The notes under the pieces were generated by a model that saw only the letters and a list, made by a program, of their open reading frames with translations, ran no database searches and was not told the DNA's origin. A program made the translations under genes and the position numbers. Positions 26,792-36,177 of a stretch of 64,000 nucleotides of DNA are shown piece by piece. Source of the DNA: Capsulimonadaceae bacterium (GTDB lineage Bacteria > Armatimonadota > Armatimonadia > Armatimonadales > Capsulimonadaceae); NCBI GenBank assembly GCA_965215505.1, contig OZ244065.1, positions 1,024,001-1,088,000 of the forward strand. Reading direction: 5' to 3'. Numbering within the stretch: position 1 is the first letter of the stretch; every line of letters starts with the position of its first letter.

Positions 26792-28954
26792 ATGTCCCTG
26801 AACGCGCCCAACCTCGACGACCGCACCTTCCAGGACATCGTGGACGACGTCAAGCGCCAGATCGGGCGGCGCTGCCCGGAGTGGACCGACCACAACGTCT
26901 CCGACCCCGGCGTCACGCTCATCGAGCTGTTCGCCTGGATGACGGACATGACGCTGTTCCGGCTCAACCAGGTCCCCGAGCGCAACTACATCAAGTTCCT
27001 GGAGATGATCGGCGTCTCGCTCCAGCCGCCCGCCCCGGCCCAGACCGACCTGCGCTTCCGCCTGTCCCGCGTCATCGAGGACCGGGACGGCGAGGAGGCC
27101 TTCGAGCGCCTGCTGCGCGCCCGCGAGACGGTCGCCGCCACCGTCCGCACCGACACCGAGATGTCCATCGAGTTCGCGACCGACGAGGACCTGCGCCTGG
27201 TCCGCCCCCGGCTGACCTATGTGACGGCCCTGCCGGCCGCCGAGGGCGGCGTCCCGAGCGAGGACGGGGCCGGGGCGCGCGACTTCATCGCGGGGAAGGA
27301 GGCCGCCGGGCAGGAAGCGTTCCGGCTCTTCAGCCCCGTCCCGCGCAGCGGCGACGCCCTGTATCTGGGCTTCGGGGGCGACGTTTCGGGCAACCTCATC
27401 CAGCTCGAGGCGGCCTGCGTCACCTCGGCGGCGACCGGGCTGGACCCCGACTACCCGGCCCAGCGCTGGGAGGTGTGGAACGGCGTCGAAAGCCGGTGGG
27501 ACGTTTTACAGGACGTGCGTGACACCACCTGCGGCTTCAACCTGCCGCCGGGCCGGCTTTATCAGGGCGAGCCGACCGGCCTGATCGAGCTGCCCCTGCC
27601 GCCCGGCCTCCTGCCGCGCCTGATCGGCGGGCGGCGCGCGACCTGGGTCCGGTGCCGCTACACCCCGGACCTGCCGCCGCGCGGCCCGGAGGGGAAACGC
27701 CCCACGCCTTACCAGAAGCCGCCGGAGTTCACGCGCCTCGAAGCCCGGACGGTCGGCGGCACCGCCCCCGCCTCCAACTGCGCCACGGTGAGCTTCCGCG
27801 ACCTGGGGCAGAGCGACGGCGCTTCGGGCCAGGTCTTCCGGCTCGCCCACCGCCCCATCCTGCCGCGCCGGCCCGGCGAGACGATCCTGATCGGGCCGCA
27901 GGGGACGCCGCGCGACGAGCTGGCCGAGTGGACCGAGGTGGAGGACTTCTCCGAGAGCGGGGCCGAGGACCGCCACTTCGTCTGCGACTCGGCGGCCGGA
28001 GAGGTCCTGTTCGGGCCGCTCGTCCCCGAGCCGGACGGCGGCAAGCCGCGCCAGTACGGCGCGGTCCCGGAGCGCGGCCACACCATCACCTTCTCGGCCT
28101 ACCGGCACGGCGGCGGCACGCGCGGGAACGTCGCGGCAGGCCAGGTCAGCATCCTTAAGTCCTCGATCCCGTACATCGCCGAGGTGACCAACCCGCGCCG
28201 CGCCGACGGCGGCCGGGAGCAGGAGATGCTGGAGCGCGCCAAGCTGCGCGCGCGCGCCATGCTGCGCCAGCGCGAGCGGGCGGTGACGGCGGAGGACTAC
28301 GAATTCCTCGCGGCCCAGGCCTCGTCGGGGGTCGCCCGCGCCCGCTGCGTCCAGCCCCGCGCCGTCCACGGCGCGGGCACGAACGGCGAACACATCCCGC
28401 CGGGCGTCGTGCGCGTCCTGCTCGTTCCCGCCCTGGGCGAAGCCGTGACGGTGCCGCGCCCCGCCGACCTGCACGTCCCGCCGCGCATCCGGCAGGACGT
28501 CCAGGAGTATCTGGACGAGCGCCGCCTGCTCACGACCGTCTTGGAAGTCGGCGAGCCGGAATACGTCTACGTCTCAACCGACATCACGCTGGTCGCCGAC
28601 CCGAGGGCGGACGCGGACCAGGTCGTCCGGGGCGTCCGGGCGCGTCTGGAAACCTTCCTGCACCCGCTGCGGGGCGGCCCGAACGGCGACGGCTGGCCGT
28701 TCCGCCGAGGCCTGCGTCTGGCCGACCTTTACGCGCAGGTCCAGGCGGCCTCGGGCGTCGCCTTCCTGACCGACGCCAGGATCTACGTTTCCCGCGTGAC
28801 CAACCCACAGGACGGGCTGTTCTCGCCGGAGCGGCAGGTTTCCAACGCGGAAGGCGTCCCGATGGGGGACAACGACCTGATCTGCACCCGCGAACACCGA
28901 ATCCGTGCCATCCCGATGTCACAGGTGGGACAGGAAGACGCGGCCTACGCCTGA
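26792..28954 (+). CDS. Baseplate assembly protein, baseplate J-like (Afp11/Pvc11)
   Basis: PNLDDRTFQDIV, PEWTDHNVSDPGVTLIELFAW, RLNQVP, YRHGGG..GNV, RAVTAEDYE, FLHPLRGG...GWPF. Confidence 0.95.
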   Translation: MSLNAPNLDDRTFQDIVDDVKRQIGRRCPEWTDHNVSDPGVTLIELFAWMTDMTLFRLNQVPERNYIKFLEMIGVSLQPPAPAQTDLRFRLSRVIEDRDGEEAFERLLRARETVAATVRTDTEMSIEFATDEDLRLVRPRLTYVTALPAAEGGVPSEDGAGARDFIAGKEAAGQEAFRLFSPVPRSGDALYLGFGGDVSGNLIQLEAACVTSAATGLDPDYPAQRWEVWNGVESRWDVLQDVRDTTCGFNLPPGRLYQGEPTGLIELPLPPGLLPRLIGGRRATWVRCRYTPDLPPRGPEGKRPTPYQKPPEFTRLEARTVGGTAPASNCATVSFRDLGQSDGASGQVFRLAHRPILPRRPGETILIGPQGTPRDELAEWTEVEDFSESGAEDRHFVCDSAAGEVLFGPLVPEPDGGKPRQYGAVPERGHTITFSAYRHGGGTRGNVAAGQVSILKSSIPYIAEVTNPRRADGGREQEMLERAKLRARAMLRQRERAVTAEDYEFLAAQASSGVARARCVQPRAVHGAGTNGEHIPPGVVRVLLVPALGEAVTVPRPADLHVPPRIRQDVQEYLDERRLLTTVLEVGEPEYVYVSTDITLVADPRADADQVVRGVRARLETFLHPLRGGPNGDGWPFRRGLRLADLYAQVQAASGVAFLTDARIYVSRVTNPQDGLFSPERQVSNAEGVPMGDNDLICTREHRIRAIPMSQVGQEDAAYA

Positions 28955-28975
28955 CGGGCGCGGCCAGGATGCCTC

Positions 28976-30142
28976 ATGGCTATTGAACAACAACCTGCCG
29001 GCGCTCAGGTCCCGCACCCGCTCCGCGCGGCGAACGGCGAGCGCCCCGCGCCGACCGCTGCGAGCGACTTTTCGGTCGAGCTGGTCTTCGACGAGGTGAC
29101 GCTGACCTTGCAGCAGGCCCACGCGCCGCCGCCTCCCGAGCGCCGCCCCGTCTCGCACTACGTCGGCGCGCAGCCCGGCGTAGATGTCCGCCTCCAGTCG
29201 GGGGACGACCGCCCGCGCCTGGTCCGGCTTTCCGCCCGGAGCGACGCCCCCGGCTGGAACCCGCACTGGGTCCGGTGGTCTTATACGGTGCGGCGGACGC
29301 CCGCCGACCTGGGCGGGGACGCATTGGCGGCCCAGGACGCTCTCGCCGAGGACGGGCGCGTGCTGGCCCTGCTGCTCCTGCCCGGCGAGCGGCGCGCGGC
29401 GACTTTGGAGTTCCACACGGCCCTCGACGGCGAGACGCCCCCCGGCGATTACCCGTTCGAGGTCGTGCTGACGGAAGCCGAAACCGGGGCGGAGACGTGC
29501 GCGGTCGGCCTGGCCCGGCTGCGCCACCCGCCCGCCGGCCTGCTCCAGAACCTACCCGCGCTCTACACGCAGACCCCGGCCACCCTGCCCCGGAAGTCCG
29601 ACCCTTACGAGGAACCGCCCTTCTTCGAGCGGTTCCTGCGCGGGTTCGAGGACGCGGGCGAGCCGCTGAACGAACTACTGGCGAGCCTGCACCGGCATTT
29701 CGACGCCGACTCCGCGCCCTCTGACTTCCTGCCCTGGCTGGCGACCTGGGTGGCGCTCGATCTGGACGAGAACTGGCTCCAGCTCCGGCGCCGCCGCCTG
29801 ATCAAAGAGGCGATCTGGCTGTACCGCTGGCGCGGCACCCGGCGGGGCCTGTCCCGTTACCTGGAGCTTTACTCGGGCGTCAAGCCGGAGATCAACGACC
29901 AGCCGTTCGCCGGGATGCGTCTCGGCCCAGGCACCTTGCTGGGGCGGGACACGGTGCTGGGCGGCGTCCAGCCGCACACGTTCGTCGTGACGATGGCCGT
30001 GCCGGACCCCTCGGCTCTGAGCGAGGAGACGATCCGGCTGATCATCGAGTCCCAGAAGCCGGCCCATGCCGCCTATGACCTCCGCATCGTCGAGCGCGAA
30101 GCGGGCCGCGCCGCGCCGCCGGAACTGCTTGAAGACGTGTAA
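28976..30142 (+). CDS. Phage tail protein I (P2 gpI)-domain baseplate protein with N-terminal Ig-like domain
   Basis: LLQNLPALY, FFERFLRGFE, APSDFLPWLATWV, RRRLI, LYRWRGTRRGL, IIESQKPAH. Confidence 0.9.
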   Translation: MAIEQQPAGAQVPHPLRAANGERPAPTAASDFSVELVFDEVTLTLQQAHAPPPPERRPVSHYVGAQPGVDVRLQSGDDRPRLVRLSARSDAPGWNPHWVRWSYTVRRTPADLGGDALAAQDALAEDGRVLALLLLPGERRAATLEFHTALDGETPPGDYPFEVVLTEAETGAETCAVGLARLRHPPAGLLQNLPALYTQTPATLPRKSDPYEEPPFFERFLRGFEDAGEPLNELLASLHRHFDADSAPSDFLPWLATWVALDLDENWLQLRRRRLIKEAIWLYRWRGTRRGLSRYLELYSGVKPEINDQPFAGMRLGPGTLLGRDTVLGGVQPHTFVVTMAVPDPSALSEETIRLIIESQKPAHAAYDLRIVEREAGRAAPPELLEDV

Positions 30143-30178
30143 GCCCTAAGAAGTGAAGACCTGAAGAGGAGACCACCC

Positions 30179-31363
30179 GTGCCACTGGAAACCATGATCG
30201 CGAACAAGATCACCGGCATCCGGCCATTCAACGAGCTGCCGATAGACGCCGAGATCTGGAAGCAGGCGCACGACCACCACCACCTGCACCGCTATTTGCA
30301 TGCGGTGGCCGCCCACCGGCCCGGCGTCGTCACCGGCCTGGAAGTGGTCGCCTCGACGGTCAAGGACCGCACCGTCGTGGTCGCGCCCGGCGTCGCAATC
30401 GACTCGGAGGGGCAGACCCTGGTCGTCTCCGCGCCGGTCCCCCTGGAGATAGACCCGGTGCGCGGCAACGTCTACGTCACGCTGGCCTTCCAGCGCGAGC
30501 GGGACACGCGCTCCGCCGTCACCGTGGGCGGCGGGCAGGAACACTACCGGGAGATGGAGGGGCGCAAGCTGATCACGGTCAAGGAGCTGCCGAAGACGGC
30601 CTATATCGAGCTGGCGCGCATTTACTCGTCGGCGGCGGACAAGCCCGTCAAAGACGCCGCCAACCCGTCCGCCCCAGCCTTCGACGAGGTCAACCTGCTG
30701 TTCCGCCCGCTGGCATTCCCGCACTGCTACGCCGACACATCGGTCGGGGAACTCTCCTATGTGCCCAAGACGACCGCCTCGCCCTGGAACCCGAACCGCT
30801 CCGGCCTGTGGAACCTGCTGCGGGAGGGCAGCGGGCGGGGCTTCCACCTCGGCTTCACCGGCACCCTGGGATTGAAGGCGCTCGGCGCGGGCCAAGACGC
30901 CGGGCCGGAGCCGTCGCTGCTGTATGTGGCCGGGCGTCAGGGCTTCCAGCCCTTGGGGGAGCCGGAGCAGGACGGCCTCAAGAGGTTCCTTGACGGCGGC
31001 GGCCTGCTCTTGGGGGAGGCGGGGCAGGGCAGCGCGGAGTTCGCCGACGGTTTCAAGGAACTGGCCGGGAGGATGGGCGCGAAGCTGAAACCGGCCGGGA
31101 AGAGCCACCCGCTCCTGACCGCGCACTACGTCTTCTCCGCGCCGCCGCCCGGCGGGCAGGGTCAGGGCGAACTCCTGGCGGACATGGAGGCGGGCATCGT
31201 TTTCAGCAGCTACGACTACGGCGCGGCCTGGTCGGGGGAGGTCGAGAGGCCGGACGCGCCCGACGCGCGCGAGCGGATTCGGCAGGCCCAGGAGTTCGGC
31301 CTGAACTTCATCGCCGCCGCCGCCCGGCGGCGGCGGTTCCGCGAACTCGCCCGCCTGGGCTGA
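30179..31363 (+). CDS. Tail-fibre-root-like N-terminal domain fused to a DUF4159-like domain
   Basis: HDHH...H..AAHRPGVVTGLEV...VVVAPGVAIDSEGQ (Afp13/Pvc13-type root). C-terminal LLYVAG...LKRFLDGGGLLLGEA...HPL...DYGAAW...FGLN. Confidence 0.72.
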   Translation: MPLETMIANKITGIRPFNELPIDAEIWKQAHDHHHLHRYLHAVAAHRPGVVTGLEVVASTVKDRTVVVAPGVAIDSEGQTLVVSAPVPLEIDPVRGNVYVTLAFQRERDTRSAVTVGGGQEHYREMEGRKLITVKELPKTAYIELARIYSSAADKPVKDAANPSAPAFDEVNLLFRPLAFPHCYADTSVGELSYVPKTTASPWNPNRSGLWNLLREGSGRGFHLGFTGTLGLKALGAGQDAGPEPSLLYVAGRQGFQPLGEPEQDGLKRFLDGGGLLLGEAGQGSAEFADGFKELAGRMGAKLKPAGKSHPLLTAHYVFSAPPPGGQGQGELLADMEAGIVFSSYDYGAAWSGEVERPDAPDARERIRQAQEFGLNFIAAAARRRRFRELARLG

Positions 31364-31398
31364 GGCATCTTCGGCGACAGCATCCAACAGAGGAGATC

Positions 31399-33687
31399 GT
31401 GGCACGAGTGGCAAGAACCAGAGGGCCTGAAAAGCTCAGTTTTGTGCGGAATCCCGCCCTCGGCAGCCTCCTCGCCGCGCCGGCGGGCGGGCGGGCGGAG
31501 GCGGAGTTCGATTTCATCAACGACAGCCCCGAGGTCGCGGCTTTCGAGCTGGCGGTGGACGGCCTTTCCCCGGACTGGCTGGGCGGGGTCGGCCCGCAGT
31601 CCGGCGCGATGGCGGCGGCCTCGGGCGGCGGCACCCTGCGGCTGCTGGTGGCCCCGCCACTCACGGCCAGTGTCGGCCAGTACGACTTCTCGGTCCGCAT
31701 CCTGTGCGGGGGGGATGCCATCGCGCCCGCGACCCCGCTCGTGCTACAGGTCGAGCCGGCGGCGGAGGCCTCCCCACTGGCCGCTACGCCCACAGCGCCG
31801 CCGCTGCCGCCGGAGCCGGTCACGGGTGCCGCCATGGTCTTCGCGCCCGAGCCTGTGCCCGAGCCTTTCGCCCCGGCGGCGGAAGCGGGGCAGGCCGAAC
31901 GGCCGCCCGCGCCGCGCCGCCGTCCGGTCGTGTCCAAAACGCCTCCCGCCGAAGCGCCCACCGTTGAAGCGCCCGCCACCGAAGCGCCCGCTGCCGAAGC
32001 GCGAGCCATTGAGCCGCCGCCCCAGCCCGACCCAGTTTTCATCGCGCCCCCTCCGGTTTCGGCGGCTCCCCCTACCCCGCGCGCCAATGTGGTGCCGCCG
32101 GCCCCCGCGCCGGTCCCCCGGCCGCGCCCCGCCGCCCCGCCGCCCGAGGAAGAGGCGGTCCTGGTGGAGCATCAGGCCGCCCCCGCGCGGGCGCTGCCGG
32201 CGGAAGAGGAGGAAGCGCCGCCCGAGGTGGAAGCCGCCCTCGTTGACCTCGCGGACGGTGGCGCCGTCGCCCTGCGGCCCGGCGAGACGCGGCTGCTGCG
32301 GTTCACCTTCACGAACGAGGCCGCGCGGGAGACGACCTACGTCCTGGATGAGGACCAGTCCCTGCCCGGCGACTGGCTCACACTGGTACAGGACCAGGTC
32401 AACCTGATGCGGAACGGCCGGGGCGACGTCTCCCTGCGCCTGTCCCCGCCTTTGAACTCCGAGCCGGGCGACTACCCGTTCTCCGTCACGCTGGGGCCAC
32501 AGGGCGGCATGCTCACGCCCCGGACGCTGACCCTGACGGTGCAGGCGACGCCCGCCGTGAAGCTGACCAGCAAGGAGAAGGCCGTCCGGATCGGCCCGAT
32601 GGCCTCGTCCGCCGACTTCCACCTGACCGTCGAGAGCGCGGGCAACGCCGACACCGCCTTCCGCGTCGCGGTGATGCCTTCACAGGCCGCCGTGGGCGGG
32701 GAGGCGCGCGACGCGAAGCCCGTCTACGACACGCCGCAGTGGCAGTACCTCTTCGACAAGGAGCTGGAAACCCTGCGCGCCCCCGCCTCGCGCCAGCCGC
32801 CGCGCCCGGTGCCGATCCGCCTGCGCCTCCAGCGCAAAGGCCCCTGGTGGTTCGGCTTCCGCGAGACACACCAGGTCCGGGTGGCCGCCGTGCCGGTGAC
32901 GGACGGGGCGAACGGCGGCAAGCCCGTCAACACCGTCGAGGTGACCGCCACCCGGCTCCGCTTCTGGCCGATGCCCTACCTGACGCTGGTTCCCCTGCTC
33001 CTGATGCTCCTGCTGCTCGGGTCGAGCGGCGCGGGCGACCTGACGGTCCCGGACGGCAAGTATCAGTACCATGACGGCGAGACGAACGTCTACTGGGTCG
33101 CGACGCCGGGGCCGAAGAAGGATGTCAGCCTGGAATGGGACGCGCCCAGGACCGCCCTGCTCCGGCTGGGCGGGTCGCTGGGGACGAACCCGGTGTTCAG
33201 CCGCACCACGCTCGGCGGCGGGGAATACGCGGGCCAGATCACCATGAACTCGTCCGACCCCTCGCTGGACTACAACTATCAGATCAGCCGCCTGGTCGGC
33301 GGCGGCGACCGCAGCGTCGCCGTGCGGTTCGTGCAGACCTCCCTCGTTACCCCCCTCGGCGTGAAGGACACGACCGGGACGCCGCGCGCACTGCCCGGAA
33401 CCGAGGTGACGCTCCTCGTGCCGGTGGGGAAAATCGCCAAGCTGACTTTGAAAAACGAGGCGCGGGCCTCCAACGCCCTGAACTGGTGGCTGGTCAAGCC
33501 GCTCGGCCCTTCGGCCTCGTTCAAGGTCCTGTACAGCAAGAACGCAGGCTCGCTCCAGCAGCACCAGGCCATTGACTATCCCATCGTCGGCGCGGGCGCG
33601 GTGGGTGACACGGACCAGCTGGTCTTCGTCACGACCGACGCCGCGAAGCCCGTCCTGACCGTCAAGCTGAAGCTGGTCTCCCGCTAG
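31399..33687 (+). CDS. Bitopic membrane protein with COG1470-like Ig domains and Pro-rich linker (CIS-associated)
   Basis: Repeated GLSPDW...PP...GQYDFSV / LPGDWLT...PP...PGDYPFSV and SAGNADT. One TM segment (WPMPYLTLVPLLLMLLLLG) with a beta-rich C-terminus; no signal peptide. Confidence 0.75.
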   Translation: MARVARTRGPEKLSFVRNPALGSLLAAPAGGRAEAEFDFINDSPEVAAFELAVDGLSPDWLGGVGPQSGAMAAASGGGTLRLLVAPPLTASVGQYDFSVRILCGGDAIAPATPLVLQVEPAAEASPLAATPTAPPLPPEPVTGAAMVFAPEPVPEPFAPAAEAGQAERPPAPRRRPVVSKTPPAEAPTVEAPATEAPAAEARAIEPPPQPDPVFIAPPPVSAAPPTPRANVVPPAPAPVPRPRPAAPPPEEEAVLVEHQAAPARALPAEEEEAPPEVEAALVDLADGGAVALRPGETRLLRFTFTNEAARETTYVLDEDQSLPGDWLTLVQDQVNLMRNGRGDVSLRLSPPLNSEPGDYPFSVTLGPQGGMLTPRTLTLTVQATPAVKLTSKEKAVRIGPMASSADFHLTVESAGNADTAFRVAVMPSQAAVGGEARDAKPVYDTPQWQYLFDKELETLRAPASRQPPRPVPIRLRLQRKGPWWFGFRETHQVRVAAVPVTDGANGGKPVNTVEVTATRLRFWPMPYLTLVPLLLMLLLLGSSGAGDLTVPDGKYQYHDGETNVYWVATPGPKKDVSLEWDAPRTALLRLGGSLGTNPVFSRTTLGGGEYAGQITMNSSDPSLDYNYQISRLVGGGDRSVAVRFVQTSLVTPLGVKDTTGTPRALPGTEVTLLVPVGKIAKLTLKNEARASNALNWWLVKPLGPSASFKVLYSKNAGSLQQHQAIDYPIVGAGAVGDTDQLVFVTTDAAKPVLTVKLKLVSR

Positions 33688-33719
33688 GGGCGGCCCGGCC
33701 TCCCTCCAAGAAAAAACCC

Positions 33720-36122
33720 ATGAACCTTTTGCACCCCGAAGTCGAGATCACGCCGGGCAGGCGCGGCAAGCAGGGCTACCAGGACCGCGACAAAATGGCG
33801 GGGAGTGCCGTCCTGCGCCTGGTCAACGAGACCACCCAGGAGAATGCTTTCACGGTCCGGCTGCGCTGCGACAACCCGTTCTGGCAGGAGGGATGGTACA
33901 CCGTCCAGTCGGTCGCCGCCCCGCCCGGCGCGACCGCCCCCGCGACCGGTCAGGCCGACATTCCCGGCCACAACAAGCGGTCCGTCAAGGTCTTCGTCCC
34001 GCCGAAAGGCACGCGCGACATCCTCATCCGCTTCGACGTCCCGGAGCGGCCCGAGTCGCGCGCGGGCCGCTACGACTACGTCATCGAGGTGGAGACGCAG
34101 GTCACCCGGCCCCAGGAGGGGGCGGCGCGGCGTAAGGACCGACTGACAACGATCCCGGCCGCCGCGAACGTGCGCCCGTTTTACAAGTGGAGCCTGGACC
34201 TGACGCCGGAACAGCAGCGGGCGACGCGCCGCCGCCGGTCGGGGGAGTTCGAGGTGGTGGTGACGAACGAGGGCAACGATTGGCTGTACTGCGACCTCCA
34301 GCTCCCGCGCCCGAAGGACCTCCTGCTGGAGTGCCCCACCCTGCGCCTTGCCGTGCCGCCGCCCGAGCCGGGCGAGATGCTGCCCGGCGTCGGCATTCAG
34401 GAGGGTGCCCCCGGCACGCAGCGCGTCGTGCCGCTGCGGGCGACGACGCGGCTGAAGGCCTTCCGGGGCGACCTGACGCCCCAGCCGCTGACTGTGTCCG
34501 CCGTGCGCGTGGACGCCCCTTCGCTGCCGCCGCCTGCCGAGGACGGGTACTTGAGTCTGGGGTCGGTGGTAGCCTCGGCCACCAACCCGCCCGAGGTCAA
34601 GCCCTCACCGAGCGACCGCGCCCTGATCTACTCGCCGCCCATCCCGTCCAAGCTGCTGGACTTCTTCAGCCGTGGCGTCGGCGGCTTCCGCGCCTGGATC
34701 GCGCCGCTCCTGGCCCTCATGGTCATGGTCCCGCTGGCCTATGTGCTGATCCAGCACCTCTTCTTCTCGCCGCAGATGAAGAAGGGCTACACCTTCGGCA
34801 CCACCAACCTCGCGGCCGGGGGGAAGCCGCTCTACATCTCCGGGAAGCTGGTGGTCGGCTCCCACTTCACGCTCACGAACCCCACCGGGACCGTACTGGC
34901 CGAGGGCGACGTCAAGCTGGACAAGCGGGACCCGGCCCACGCAAGCCCGAACAAAGGCGTCATCGCGATTCCGGCCACCGTGACCAACGTCCACGCCCTG
35001 CTCACGGTGCGGCGGGTCCCGTTCCTGCCGTTCCTCTCGGCGGCCCTGCCCAAAGACCAGCAGGCGATAGACATCGGCGATGTCAGTGCCCCGGCGGTCC
35101 CGCAGGTGACGAAGCTGGCCGACGGCGTCTACAAAGTGGGTGCCGTCGTGGAGATAGGCATCAAGGGCTTCGCGGCCCCTGGGACGGTCATGGTTGATCA
35201 GATCGCGAAGCCGCCCCTCACCTGGACCGTCGACAGCGTGACCATCCGGGTGCCTCAAGGCCCCCCCGGCAAGCAGTTCGCGCTGGCGCTCCAGCCGATC
35301 GGCTCGTCCCAGGCCGTTCCAGCGGGCAGCATCACTATCGCCCCGGCAGTCCCCATCCGAGTCGCCAATAATGGTGCGGGAGGCGGAGGCACTGGAGGCG
35401 CTAAAACCGGTGGGGGCGGGGCCGCCAAGTCAGGCATCGGAGAAGCCAAGGCGGGAAGCACGAAGGCCGGGGCCGTGAAGACCGCTTCAGGCGGCAAGGC
35501 CGGCGGGAGCATCGGCAAGGCGGCGGCCGGGTCACCCCCGGCCCCGACGCCCCCGGCAAACATTGTCGCCCTGCCCACCGTCTTCCACGGGAATTCGCAG
35601 GCGGCCTACACCGCGCTGCTGGCGGATGACCTCGCGGGCGCACTGAGGCACGCGCAGAACTCGGACGCCTTCGGCCAGGCCATCAGCGCGTATGTCTACG
35701 CCAGGCAGGGGAACACGGGGGCGGCGGAGCCGCTGATCGCCGCCACGTCGGGCAGCAGCGATCCCCGGACGAAGGCCATGGCATTGGCCGCGCAGGGAGC
35801 CACCCAGGAGGCGGCCAGCCCCGGCCTGGCCGTTCAGAGCTATGACGCCGCGGTGGCCGCAGACCCAGGCCTGGTCGTCGCCTACACAGCCAAGGCTATC
35901 CTGCTGGATAAGAACGGCTCTACGGAGGCGGAGAAGAACAGCTCGGGCCTGGCGCTCAACAGCGGGATGAAGCAGGCGAAGACGCCGGACGAGAAGGCGG
36001 CGATCCTGTACACGCAGTCGAAGATCTATGCCGCCACGAACCGGGGGCCGTCCGCCAGAAGACTATACAACGCAGCCCTCACCCTAAAGCCCAACCTTCC
36101 GCGCCCGGCTGGCCTGCCCTGA
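33720..36122 (+). CDS. Bitopic membrane protein: N-terminal Ig-like domains, TM helix, IPT-like domain, Gly/Lys linker, C-terminal TPR-like helices
   Basis: PESRAGRYDYVIEV, VRPFYKW, VTNEGND; TM AWIAPLLALMVMVPLAYVLIQHLFF; TPR-like AVQSYDAAVAADP and ARRLYNAALTLKPN. Confidence 0.75.
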   Translation: MNLLHPEVEITPGRRGKQGYQDRDKMAGSAVLRLVNETTQENAFTVRLRCDNPFWQEGWYTVQSVAAPPGATAPATGQADIPGHNKRSVKVFVPPKGTRDILIRFDVPERPESRAGRYDYVIEVETQVTRPQEGAARRKDRLTTIPAAANVRPFYKWSLDLTPEQQRATRRRRSGEFEVVVTNEGNDWLYCDLQLPRPKDLLLECPTLRLAVPPPEPGEMLPGVGIQEGAPGTQRVVPLRATTRLKAFRGDLTPQPLTVSAVRVDAPSLPPPAEDGYLSLGSVVASATNPPEVKPSPSDRALIYSPPIPSKLLDFFSRGVGGFRAWIAPLLALMVMVPLAYVLIQHLFFSPQMKKGYTFGTTNLAAGGKPLYISGKLVVGSHFTLTNPTGTVLAEGDVKLDKRDPAHASPNKGVIAIPATVTNVHALLTVRRVPFLPFLSAALPKDQQAIDIGDVSAPAVPQVTKLADGVYKVGAVVEIGIKGFAAPGTVMVDQIAKPPLTWTVDSVTIRVPQGPPGKQFALALQPIGSSQAVPAGSITIAPAVPIRVANNGAGGGGTGGAKTGGGGAAKSGIGEAKAGSTKAGAVKTASGGKAGGSIGKAAAGSPPAPTPPANIVALPTVFHGNSQAAYTALLADDLAGALRHAQNSDAFGQAISAYVYARQGNTGAAEPLIAATSGSSDPRTKAMALAAQGATQEAASPGLAVQSYDAAVAADPGLVVAYTAKAILLDKNGSTEAEKNSSGLALNSGMKQAKTPDEKAAILYTQSKIYAATNRGPSARRLYNAALTLKPNLPRPAGLP

Positions 36123-36131
36123 GAACGAGAT

Positions 36132-36161
36132 GGGGCCTCCGGGATCACTCCCGGAGGCCCC
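36132..36161. terminator. Hairpin between convergent genes, marking the end of the CIS operon
   Basis: GGGGCCTCCGGGA-TCAC-TCCCGGAGGCCCC, a 13-bp perfect stem with no strong U-tail. Confidence 0.7.
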
Positions 36162-36177
36162 GCCGCTTACGGAAGCG

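Larger units (their letters stand above)
6994..36122 (+). other. Contractile injection system (eCIS/PVC/Afp-type) gene cluster
   Basis: Co-oriented cap, sheath, tubes, LysM initiator, VgrG, PAAR-like, gp25, baseplate J/I and DUF4157 genes. No capsid, terminase or T6SS membrane-complex genes. Confidence 0.95.

Noticed and set aside
8669-31363. Prophage or R-type tailocin
   Set aside because: No capsid, portal, terminase, integrase, replication or lysis genes. DUF4255, DUF4157 and the two-tube/LysM/VgrG layout indicate an eCIS-type locus.
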